From the NCBI RefSeq assembly GCF_001194135.2, contig NC_068981.1:128915385-128950493 (forward strand): a stretch of 35,109 bases of DNA, in the 5' to 3' direction. The stretch is from Octopus bimaculoides (Eukaryota). Made by a program: the position numbers and the translations under genes. This document shows, piece by piece, positions 11,380-22,350 of this stretch; positions within the stretch are counted from its first letter, which is position 1, and every line of letters starts with the position of its first letter. The notes under the pieces were generated by a model. The model had not been told where the DNA came from. It did not search any database and saw only the letters and a list, made by a program, of their open reading frames with translations.

Positions 11380-12110
11380 GGTTACAAATATAGGAAAGGG
11401 CATTTGGACAAGAACAAGTTTATGAACTGCATTGGGTTCTCCAGGAGCTCAAGACCAGCACCACTAGCTGACAGGGAGATACCATCTTTGAGATGCTGAG
11501 GTTGTAAGCCATCGATCCCAGTGCCAGAACCCACTAGAAAGGATGCAGTCACCTTCCTAACATAGTTAGAGGTAAAAACAGATTGTAGAAATCCATCTAA
11601 ATTTAATTTTTTTACAGACATTCAAAGATGAAAATACTTCCATCAAAAGTTTATGAACTTAAGTTCTCCAAGAGCTCAAGACAGCACCACTGGCTGACAG
11701 GGAGATACTATCTTTGAGATGCTGAGGTTGTAAGCCATCGATCCCAGTGCCAGGACCCACTGGGAAGGATGTAATTGCCTTCCTGACATTGTCAGAGGTA
11801 AAAACAGGTTGTAGAAGTCCTGGTGTGTAGGGCCAGTGTAAGTACTCATCTGGAGGAGCCAGAGGACATTTCTCCTTCAGTCGATTGAGAGAATCTGTAA
11901 TACACTGGGTGAAAGAGAACAGAGAGGAGAGGAGGTGAGCAGCCCCTTTATTGTCAAATTCACTGAATTTGGCATTAACAGTCTTCTTTAAGTTAGGTGC
12001 TTGACCATTGCTCAGAGCTGTGCTGATCACCGACCTGAGATGAACAGTGGTAGGGGTTGATGACAAATTCATCAGTCGCTTTGGTATAAAAGGTATCAGC
12101 ATCACACTCT
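11380..12110 (-). mobile_element. CRE-clade-like non-LTR retrotransposon fragment (region just upstream of RT), internally duplicated
   Basis: VNAKFSEFDNKGAAHLLSS...LKEKCPLAP...VRKAITSFPVGPGTGIDGLQPQHLKD resembles the CRE-type V..A+.SF..GS.GG.DGLRPQHLKD motif. The segment occurs twice (11417-11590 and 11648-11816). Confidence 0.65.
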
Positions 12111-12129
12111 ATCTTCATTTTCTTCAAAA

Positions 12130-13330
12130 GGTCTTTATTCATGAAAATAAAAACTAAATTATTGAATCTCTCTTTACATTAGGAACACCTCATATAACTA
12201 TTTACTCACTTTAATGAAGAAAGCTATATATTACAAGAAGCAGATGTAGGTATGGTCAGAATCAGACATCGTAATTCTGTTACTCTGGCCAGGGCTTGAT
12301 TTAGTTCAAGCTTCCATATTATGTCTGCAACTTCTTAAATGTTTGACACTTGTTTTGCAAAATCTGCAACATTTATTGGTTTTAGCTCGCATTTCAATCC
12401 ATCTAAATTTAATGTTTTTGCAGACATTCAAAGATGAAAATACTTCCATGTTCTGCCTTTCTTTAAATAAATCTAATGTTTAATATTTTCTGTTTGAAAT
12501 ATATGGAGCGAGCCTAATCTCAATTAATACAACAGTTACACCTACCACTACAATATACACCAATTGCTTTTTTGGTTTCTCAACCTCACAAATACTCCTT
12601 GAAATATCAATCAAAATTTTTTGAAGAATGGAAAACAGAACCTTCTGAGCCACTCAATATGGTTTGAAAAACCACAAAAAAAATCTTCTAGGATTGCAAT
12701 GAATCCCACTGACAGTGCAAATTCAGAAGCACTCCAATCATCTGGATTTTGTAATATGGTTGAAAATACCTTATGAAACAAAGAAATTTTGTTGGACAAA
12801 ATGAATACTTGTTGAGATGAATAATTTCAATTCAGGTAACTTTGAAAATCACCTTCCAACAATTTCATCCAGTAGGGGTTATTCAAGCCGTCAACTTTGA
12901 GAAAAAAATCAAAATTCTTTTTAAAGTTCGGAAGAAAATTCAACATTCACAAACTGGTTGGAAGAGTACCAAATTAAGTGGATGTGTATAACAATGTACA
13001 ACTTCTGTCAGTGATGCAGCTTTTCTGTCTTTACTGACATCGACTTATCCCCTAAACCTTTCTTGAAGCCTTTCCTTCTCATCAACAAATCGCAAAACAT
13101 GTGACAGTTAAGATTTCATTCAAAGGTCTGTAGTCTCACCAAACATAACAGCAACAAATACTGTTTTTTTTTCGATCATTGGCTTAATTACACTTTCACT
13201 TGTAACAGCTATACAATTAAATGATTTCATTCTGAATATCATTTGAAAGTGATATTCATCTTCAATATCACTTCAAAGCTGCTGAGAAAATGTGTTCTTA
13301 TACTGACAAATTAACAGACATGGAAAATAG
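12130..13330 (-). mobile_element. hAT transposase remnant (DDE core to C-terminal dimerisation domain)
   Basis: Manual translation: VMFGETTDL*MKS*LSHVLRFVDEKERLQERF..DVSKDRKAASL, VHCYTHPLNLVL (hAT HCxAHxLNL), and at 12130-12280 LILTIPTSASC..SSLK*V.SYMR....RFNNL (hATC-like). Many stops. Confidence 0.75.
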
Positions 13331-13471
13331 AAAAATTTGTTCAGAATGGGTCATCTCATCATTCACTCATACCATTCATAATACTTTCAATCAAAATAAA
13401 AATGACATTCCTTGCTGCCCACTTCGGCTTTGATTTTCAGCTTAAGCTTTGGTTCCTCTTTTCTGAGAATG

Positions 13472-13695
13472 ATGCCAGTACCACATGACTGGCCTTCATG
13501 CGGGTGACACGTAAAAGCACCCACTACACTCTCTGAGTGGTTGGCGTTAGGAAGGGCATCCAGCTGTAGAAACTCTGCCAAATCAGATTGGAGCCTGGTG
13601 TTGCCATCTGGTTTCACCAGTCCTCAATCAAATCGTCCAACCCATGCTAGCATGGAAAGCGGACGTTAAACGATGATGATGATGATGATGATGAT
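13472..13695 (+). mobile_element. RTE-type LINE 3' UTR fragment (or RTE-tailed SINE) with (GAT)n tail
   Basis: ggttggcgttaggaagggcatccagctgtagaaac...acccatgctagcatggaaagcggacgttaaacgatgatgat; near-identical to 30690-30895. Confidence 0.75.
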
Positions 13696-14009
13696 GTTTC
13701 AAAGTTGGGGAAAGTAGAGAGAAAACTGATCTAATTGACCCTTTTGCCATCCTGGGGGTGATTGAAAGCATGAGAAATTCGCCTTGGTTATAATCTTTTT
13801 AAATGAATCAAAGCTTTATGCTAATAGATAATTTAGATGCTAGTTTACTTTTTTACGTAACCTTTCTTAGATACTTTAAATATTTAGAATTAAATTTCAA
13901 AGCATTGGCATGAATAGATGAAAAATTTACTTTTAAATCACACACACACACAGAGAAATTTCTGGTTTCTTCTTTTCGCTCTGTGTGAAATAGTCAAGAA
14001 AACTCAGGG

Positions 14010-14019
14010 GTCACGTGAC
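14010..14019. promoter_or_regulatory. Palindromic E-box GTCACGTGAC (MiT/TFE CLEAR- or USF-type site)
   Basis: Exact 10-bp palindrome in non-repeat sequence, with a reverse CCAAT (attgg) about 40 bp downstream. Function unsupported. Confidence 0.2.
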
Positions 14020-14084
14020 TGAATTCAGGTCTTAAGAAAGGATCAAAAATACTCTCTCCATTGGTTAAATCCTTTTAGAAAGCA

Positions 14085-14210
14085 AGCGTGGGTGTGTGGT
14101 AAGAAGTTTGCTTCTCAACCACTTGGTTCTAGGTCCAGTCTTCTATTATAACCTTGGACCAACTAAAACCTTGTAAGTGGACTTGATATAGGGAAACTGA
14201 AAAAAACCTG

Positions 14211-14243
<33 letters not shown>

Positions 14244-14443
14244 TCCTTCACCAATACTTGACAACCAGCATTGGTGTGTTTACATTCCCATAACTTAGCT
14301 GTTTGACACGAGAGGCCAAAAGAATAAGCACCAGGCTTTAAAAAAAGTACCAGGGTAGATTCATTTGACTATAAAATATTTAAGGTGGTGCCCCAGCATG
14401 GCCACAATCTACTGATTAAAACAAGTAGAAGATAAAAGATAAA
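14085..14443 (+). mobile_element. Diverged SINE family A
   Basis: Head gtgggtgtgtggtaagaagtttgc, central (TG)n, tail ggtggtgccccagcatggcc...aaacaagtagaagataaaag. Confidence 0.75.
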
Positions 14444-14660
14444 ATGTGTACTCTTTGGTACCGAATAATCATATGAAATATATCAGAAAGCAATAAAACA
14501 AACTTGTAAACTGACTAAATAAACATTTCTCATCTAAATTTGTCCAGTTATGAGGAAAACCTCAGGCAAGTTCTTGATCTCATCTGCACAGGACAGTAAA
14601 AGCATCAGCACTTCAAGAGAAAAAAAAAGCGTGTCTGCTGGCTTAACACAGCTGGAAGGT

Positions 14661-15045
14661 AAGCAGTAAAATATCTTCTTTCTCTGTCTTTCTCTTTCTT
14701 GACCACTCATTTTTTTGTTTTGTCTCTCTTTTTGATGCCCCCTTCTTGAAAATAATAGAATACAAAGAAAATAACACCACTGCTCTTACTATGACTGAAA
14801 TCAAGCAGTAAAAAATTTGCTTTCTTTTGCCTTTCTTTCTGTTGACCACTCATCCATTTATTTTGTCTCTCTTTTTGATGATCCATTCTCGAAGAGAATA
14901 ATAGAATAAGAAGAGACTAATACCATTGCTCTTGCTGACTATGACTGAAAGCAAGCAGAAAAATTTGTCTTTCCCTCTGTTGACCACTCACTTATTTGTT
15001 TCGTCTTTCATGTTGATGCTCCCTCCTCAAAAGAACAAGAAAACA
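14661..15045 (+). repeat. Degenerate tandem repeat, unit about 142-150 bp, about 2.6 copies
   Basis: aagcag(t)aaaa...ttgaccactca...tgatg...ctatgactgaaa; units start at 14661, 14803 and 14953. Confidence 0.8.
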
Positions 15046-15233
15046 ATTAATTCACAGCTTTTCCTTCTTTTAAATAATACCAATTGTTTACAATTTATAC
15101 TAAAAAATGAAGGAATACAAAATAAAAGTAATTACAATGAAGCTAGTGAAGATCATCAATAACCAATTAAAAAAATTATTTATCATGGAAAACTAGTAAG
15201 GCATGCAGTGCATACATAGACCCTTCACCTCTG

Positions 15234-15257
<24 letters not shown>

Positions 15258-15266
<9 letters not shown>

Positions 15267-15650
15267 TAGCAAAAACTATACAGAGTTATACTACCAGTGG
15301 CCTAGCATTTAGACTGCGTCTGCGCAGTGGATTATGGGAAAATTGGAATGTATATTTGAGAAGACATGTGCTTATGGCCTTATGTCTTGTAAATATACGT
15401 TAATTCCTTGATGGTTGGTTACTGAAGACGATTTGCCTAGTAAATTATTTTATTTACTAAAAAATCAGAAACCTATAGGTCTAACTGTTAAAAATAAGGT
15501 CAAAGTTTTTATTTTCTCTTCTCTTTGAAATGTTTTACTTTGTGGTTTTCGGTTGTTTTTGACTGCCTTCTAGCGTGTAGAAGTTACTTGTTATGGGTAA
15601 TTACTCTTATACTTTATATATATAAATTACTCTTATACTTTATATATATA
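15258..15650 (+). mobile_element. Non-coding hammerhead-bearing element bracketed by (TA)n (Penelope-like LTR / retrozyme-like)
   Basis: Starts right after (TA)n 15234-15257, contains the ribozyme motif and a T-rich 3' part, and ends with a 26-bp tandem duplication (15599-15624, 15625-15650) finishing in TATATA. Confidence 0.45.
15406..15499 (+). ncRNA. Candidate type I hammerhead ribozyme with palindromic helix III
   Basis: Helix I TGGTTA(15416-21)/TAACTG(15482-87); core CTGAAGA 15422-28; helix II GATTT/AAATC plus hairpin TAGTAAAT/ATTTACTA; GAAA 15468-71; palindrome CCTATAGG 15472-79; GTC triplet with predicted cut after C15481; distal helix I CCTTG/TAAGG. Confidence 0.65.
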
Positions 15651-15651
15651 T

Positions 15652-16017
15652 ATTTTATTCTTTACTTGTTCCAGTCATTAGACTATGGCCAGGCTTTAAA
15701 AAAAGTACTAAGGTTGATTCGTTCACCCCAAATATTTCTTTGCTGAACTGCTAAGTTATGGGAACATAAACACACCAACACTGGTTGTTAAGTGGTGGTG
15801 GACAGACACAGACACAAACACATAAATATGCATGTATATGTGTGCACGCATGTGTGTATGCATGCATATGAAGGTATTCTTTCAGTTTCCATTTACCAAA
15901 ATCCACTCTCAAGGCTTTGGTCAGGGCTATAGTAGAAGACACTTGCCCAAGGTGTCATGCACTGGGACTGTACCTGGAACCATGTGATGGCAAAGCAAAC
16001 TTATCACACAGCTATGC
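15652..16017 (-). mobile_element. Diverged SINE family A
   Basis: Shares agacacttgcccaagg, aaatccactc.caaggctttggtc and aacacacca.ca..ggttgt with 955-1370. Confidence 0.8.
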
Positions 16018-16030
16018 ATATGTATCAATC

Positions 16031-16565
<535 letters not shown>

Positions 16566-16838
16566 GTAGGCCTGAAAAGTAGCATAATCTGCTATCTGCA
16601 GTCTAGTTTAACAACCCTAAATAAGACTGAGACCATTGAAGCTACAAAAACAAAAATGTACTTAATACATGCAACAAGTGTAGTATTCCAAGGCAAGGTA
16701 CATAACTCTACTTGCTTCGTCACTCATATCTAGAGAACCTAACAATAAAAATCCGTGCTTGTAGTCCTTTTATCTGGGGTTTTTTTTTCGTTTTTTTGTT
16801 TAGTAATTATTTCATACCTACTGCACAGCAAAACACAT

Positions 16839-17066
16839 TTAACCCTTTAGCATTCAAATTAATATGTCAAAAGTAATCCTTATTCATTTACATTTTTTTA
16901 AATTAATCTGGTATTATCTTGTAGCTTCAAGAGTTGAAAGATGTAATTGTTTATTTTTAGAATGACATGGCAAGGTAGGTGTGAGATACTGGTTCTGGCC
17001 AGTTTGAGCATAAAATGAGTAGAATATTTGGGCCGGATATAGCCGGTTTAAACACCAAAGGGTTAA
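16839..17066. mobile_element. piggyBac-like MITE
   Basis: Termini TTAACCCTTT...AAAGGGTTAA (TTAA site plus CCC/GGG ends). Degraded second copy at 32818-33045. Confidence 0.65.
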
Positions 17067-17157
17067 AAATGCAACTAAGGAAAAACTGATGTAAAATAGT
17101 AAAAAAGTATTTTTATTCCTAAATTAACATCATCGTTTAAGCATATTGTTCTGGTCT

Positions 17158-17627
17158 CATCATCATCGTCATCATCACCATTTAACATCTACTCTTGTAA
17201 ACTTGCTTGGGTCAAACAATTTTGTTGAGACATATTCTCTAAAGCAAGATGCCTTCCTGTCGCCAACCCTGACTTATTTCCAGGCAAGGTAATATATCCC
17301 TATGGCTAGGCATGTTTTTCACAGAAGACTTGAAACGAACAACATTGATTGTATGATGGATGATGATGCTTGTTTGCAACCATCACATTGGTTTGCAACC
17401 ATCACATTGCAACCAGCACAAGGGCGCACGCACACACAGACATGCACACACACACACACAATAGGCTTCTTCCACTTTTCAAAAGTTTGTAAGTGGATTA
17501 CCAAATCCACTCACAAGGCTTTTGTTGGCTATATTAGAAGGCACTTACTCAAGGTACTAAGCAGTGGGACTGAACCCAAAAGCACATTGTTGAGAAGCTA
17601 GCTGTTTAACCACATAGCTATGCCTGT
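17158..17627 (-). mobile_element. SINE with family A head and RTE-type (GAT)n tail
   Basis: The right part matches the family A head (aaatccactcacaaggc, cagtgggactgaacc). The left part on - strand reads ggttggcgacaggaaggcatc...gttaaatggtgatgatg. Confidence 0.65.
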
Positions 17628-18980
17628 ACTTAAAACAATATTCTGTAAACATTCTTTTGCCTACAAATAGATAACCAACATGTATTTGTGCTAAAATAAG
17701 TTGATTGATATTGAATTTACTCTGTAGGGAAAAAAATGGGATTGAATAATGAAAATCTGTTTCAGTAACAGCTCCAAAGTCAGTTGTGATAACTCTACAA
17801 AACATTTCCTTTCCAAAAAGGAGAAACATACAAAGATTAACTCTCTTGTCATTTCATCCTAAAAATCAAATATTTTATTTTGCAATAATTTATAATTAGC
17901 ATTTTAAATATAAATTTATTTACAGTTTTTTTTTGTTTTGTTTTTCAGAGATTTTATTCCTTCTCTTCATTCCTAAAATACAATTATTTTAATATTTATA
18001 TTCAATATTTAAGAATCAAAATAGTTTGTCATCTGATATTGTTTACTCAGCTTTATATTAAATAAAATGCCACCTAACTGGTTGCAAACTAAAAAGTAGG
18101 AAATATTAGTCCTCATAATCATAATCATATCTACCATACTCATCAGCAACAAACCATTGCAATTTGTATACAATGTTCTGAATTGTCTTTAGAATAAAAA
18201 TATTAAAAGATTAATAATTTTGTGTTCTTTATAAAAACAATTTAAGATTTAAAAATATATTTTCAATTTTCTTTTTCAAAATATTTAAATACATGTCAAA
18301 TTTAAAATATTTGTTGTACATTTGATATTTGTCATAGATATAATGTTTGTCAAATCATTCTTTTGTGTAAGTTTTTATACCACAGAGAGAAGAGAAATCT
18401 GATGTGTCAAAGTTGATCTTCATCTAAAAGTAAAATGAAATTTTACAGTTGCAAATTTTTTTCTTTACTCCAAGGCAAAGTATCAATTCTGAAAGACCAT
18501 ATTCTGCTTTTCCCCATGATATATGAACTTGTCTAAATCCATGAACCTCACTGTATAGTTTTTGCCAACAAAGAGCACCATCAGTTTCCTCAGATTCTGT
18601 TTTTGACACGAAAATACTTGGCATGCCAATGTTTCTTATACATAGACATAATCCCTATGCCGTTAAAATATTATATACTTCATGACATAGATATCCTATA
18701 ATTTTCTGTTTGCTTTTAAGGAGTATCATAAAGGAATCATTAAGCTACCAACCAGTTGAGAGCACAATGTGATTTCAGTTCTCTGAAGTTAATTCACTTC
18801 ACTTATGGCTGCTTGTGTCCATGCAAAAGACACAGATATTAAAATGTCTTATTTCTCCTTACTAAAAATGTAGAGCTTTTTGTGCCTGACCAAGTGAAAC
18901 CAATATGTGTTGTTGCTGCAGTAGTTAGGCAATAAACAGAAGCAACGCTGTCATTTGAATATATTTCCTTAAATTTTTTT

Positions 18981-20826
18981 TTAAGATTTCTTGTTTTCTA
19001 CTTCTATGTCAGCTACAGTCTTCAAGAGTGAATTACCACTCATATCAATATATTGTGAGGAATAAGTATCGGAGGATGACAAGAGGATATCCTTGTCATT
19101 TGGCAGAGCTTTCCGTAAAAAGTTATCATTTTTCAACTGTCTGACTTTCTTCCGAATTATCTGATGCCCAATTTTGCTTTCTAGTGACATTGTTCGCCTA
19201 CGGAATGTGAGCTCATAATCTGAGTCATTATCACTAGAAGCAGAATTAGAATCTGTATCATGGCCTTCACTGTAGCATCGTGATTTTCTGATCTCTTCTG
19301 ACTGCTTAATTTTTTTTTCAGGAAGCATACCAAATGGATCTCTTGCTAGAAATGTTTCCTTCTCAGGAATCTTTTGTTCAACAACAAAAACACCTTCTTT
19401 TGTCTCTTCTTCATTCCAAAACAACTTTGAAGCATCTGAGGCAGAAAATGAATGCAGAATGCGGTTGCCACGCCATTCTGATATAGTTTGTTCTCTTTGA
19501 ATATCTACAATGATGTCGCTATCACGACGTTTGAATTCTTTCTTGTATTCTCTGATAATTGTCCCAGTTTCTGGATTTACTTTATTCCCTTCAGAAAATT
19601 TCCGGAAATTATCAATAATACTATTCAAATTCTTTGTTCTCAATACTTGTTTGTCGTTTATTCTTCTTTTTATCTTTGGTGATATTTGGTGCAATGAATC
19701 CTGAATCCTTTCCATTATAGTTCCAGAGGACTTCTGTGGGAATTTGTCCAAACTAATCAGAAGTGACTTTGGTCTTTCAGGAAGTGCTGGAGGTCGGACT
19801 TCCTTTTCTGTCCAACTTTCCCCTACATAATTCACCTCTTCATACTCATGGTTACTCTTTTGTGACAGATTATCATTTTCATCTTCTTCTTTGATTTTTT
19901 TACAGGAAAGATCCCACTCTGATTGTGCCTTAGGTGAAAGAAACTGTTTTTTCTCTTTAAGATCAGGAACTATTTCCTGTGATGCATTAGCAGCATCAAT
20001 ATCCCAGTAAATATTGCTACTAATAGACTGAACTTCCACAGAATCTGCAGTTGAAGGCAACTTTAAACTTCTTTCTAGTATAGGACTATTTAGAGACAAT
20101 TTGTTTTGGGTTTGTGATTTTTGACGTTCATATTGCAGAGACACAGCACTGTCTGTTGAATTTGATCGAAATGTTTGGAAACGATAGTCTCTAGTAATTT
20201 CTGAATCTTGACATGCTAATTCAGATGCACACATAATCCCAGAGTCCCTAGAGCAAACTGACCCTTTCATTTCTGTTGGTGTCTTGGCTTGAATTGCATT
20301 GATGTGATCATCTATTAACTGCTGCGGAATGTTGACATTTAAGTGAGGTTGTAACTCTGAATCGCTGTGTCGAAAGATACACTGTCGGTCAAAAGATTCA
20401 CGGTTGATATCACAATTCATCACTACTTTGTCAGGACATGATATTGTCTCAGAGACAACTGAAGAAGCTGAACTAGGATTATACAACCAAGATCTGGCAG
20501 GCTTAGGAGGAGGATTAGCAAGTATGGAGAAATCTTGAATCCGGGTTCTTTGATATTCTTCATGAGTATTTCTCCTCAAAGTGGCAAACATACTTGGATC
20601 ATATGATGTTCCTCGTCTCAAGTTCACTGGTTTAGAATTTTGATTAAATAGTAATTCTTTATTAGAAATTCTTTCCCAATCTGAAATATTTCTTACAGTT
20701 GGAGATGCAGCACCATCATTGTCTTTCTGATTCATTGCAATATAAATATTGGTGCGGATTGTGGCCAGAATTTGTTCAGCTCGAGGAGAAACAAATATCA
20801 ACCTTGCTTCACCAATATTGGTCACC
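18981..20826 (-). CDS. Large terminal coding exon of a probable IRS/DOK/FRS2-type PTB docking (adaptor) protein
   Basis: 614-codon uninterrupted ORF in AT-rich DNA. It starts immediately after a pyrimidine tract plus cag acceptor (ttttcattaatatatatttattcag|GGTGACC, phase 2) and stops at TAA 18981-83. N-terminal VTNIGEARLIFVSPRAEQILATIRTNIYIAM resembles the last strands and helix of IRS-type PTB domains (GR..TG.G.F...RAEE+). The tail has PPPKPAR, PPALPERP, YEEV, RRRTMS and YIDM. The product call is inference. Confidence 0.8.
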
Positions 20827-22065
20827 CTGAATAAATATATATTAATGAAAATTAAAATTAAAAAAAATTTTTAAACAAATAATTGTATTTAAAGCAGAAT
20901 TAATTACACAAATTTTTTTTTTTTTTTTAACTATTTTTTAATCCTATTATTTGATGACTTGTACAGCTGAAAATTTAAATAAAGTATGTATCCTGTATTA
21001 TTTTTTTAATGTCATAAAATCCCAGTTATTTTCTAGTTTTAGTAATGACAACTGAAAGTGGAGTTTTTTTTTGTTTTTTTTTTACTCTTCCATAGCTCAA
21101 ATTTATTCTAACTTAGTTAAGTAAGCTACTGATGCATTCATCAGTTTTATGAGGCTACTTTTTTTTTTTATCTATAGCTTAATCAGAGATAAAAGGGCTA
21201 CAACTGTGAACATTTTTTTCCTGGCTTCCAAGATTGAGGTATAAAAGAAGGAAAAAAATCAGTTATCTGATCAGAGACCTGTTCAATTGCTTCCAATAGA
21301 CTGGACTCCACTAAAGACACCTAAGGGTCGGATGGTAGTGTTAAACCAAACAATAGACTAAGTCTATCAGCCAAGAATAAGCACAGTCCATTTAAAAGCT
21401 TCTGCATTTTCTCAAATCACTAAATTTCACTCACAGCCATAGTATAAGACACTTGCCCAAGGTACCATGTGACTGTAAAGCAAACTCTTTAAGCAGACTG
21501 TCCTCTCTGAAACCATAATGGAAAAGATTCAGGATTCATTGCATCCTTTCTAACAGTAGTGAACTGGTCTACTCTGTAATAGCTACTTATATTGAAGTAG
21601 ACATAGCTGTTGGAAATTAATTACTATAGCTTTAAAAAGATTGCAACATCAAGAATAGATGGTGAAACCTGAAATACCTTTAATGACAGATCTGCAAGTT
21701 ATGAGGAAGATCTATAATCAAAAGTAGATTTATGTATTAGAGCTTGTATATAGTTGCTTGATGCCTGATGAAAATAGCAATCAAATTCCTCAAATATAGC
21801 CTACTGTCTTAAACAACGATACAATTTAGTCTCTAATACAAGAAAGATGGAAATGGTCATATGTCTACCTGACCAGAGCAGACCTAGGCCTAAACAACAA
21901 TAGCAATTATGTCACCTTTCTCACTGAATCATAGCAATTTGACCACTGAGATTTAACCACTTGACATCAGGAATGAATGAGATTAAAAACTGAATAATGA
22001 TTAATATGCTGACTACCTTAAGTAAAAACCCACTTCAGTCATGAATGACCATAGTATTGCACCTA

Positions 22066-22350
22066 GAAAGTTTCTCTACAAGGCACAAATCCGGGCATGG
22101 TTGTTTATGGAAGACCAGCAGTTGCCCATACATACCAGCCTCCCCTCTCCATGCCACTGATGTTATCCAAGAGTAAGGCAAAGGCCAATACAGCTTGGCA
22201 CTAGTGATGTCGCAACTCATTTCTATAGCTGAGTGGATTGGAGCAACGTGAAATAAAGTGTCTTGCTCAAGAACACAACACACATTCAGTCTGGGAATCG
22301 AACTCACTACTTCATGATTGTAAGCCCGATGCTCTAACCACTCAGCCAGT
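22066..22350 (-). mobile_element. tRNA-derived SINE family D
   Basis: Minus-strand head ctggctgagtggttagagcatcgggcttacaatcatgaagtagtgagttcgattccc (A and B boxes), then gtgttcttgagcaagacact. Second copy at 26846-27135. Confidence 0.8.

Noticed and set aside
14661-15045. CRISPR-like repeat-spacer appearance
   Set aside because: Whole units are homologous (no unique spacers), the context is eukaryotic, and no cas genes are present.
18424-18624. 66-aa - strand ORF downstream of the stop codon
   Set aside because: No recognisable domain or clear splice context; probably 3' UTR.
21760-21790. CTGATGA motif suggesting another hammerhead
   Set aside because: No following GAAA/helix III/UH arrangement or helix I complement.
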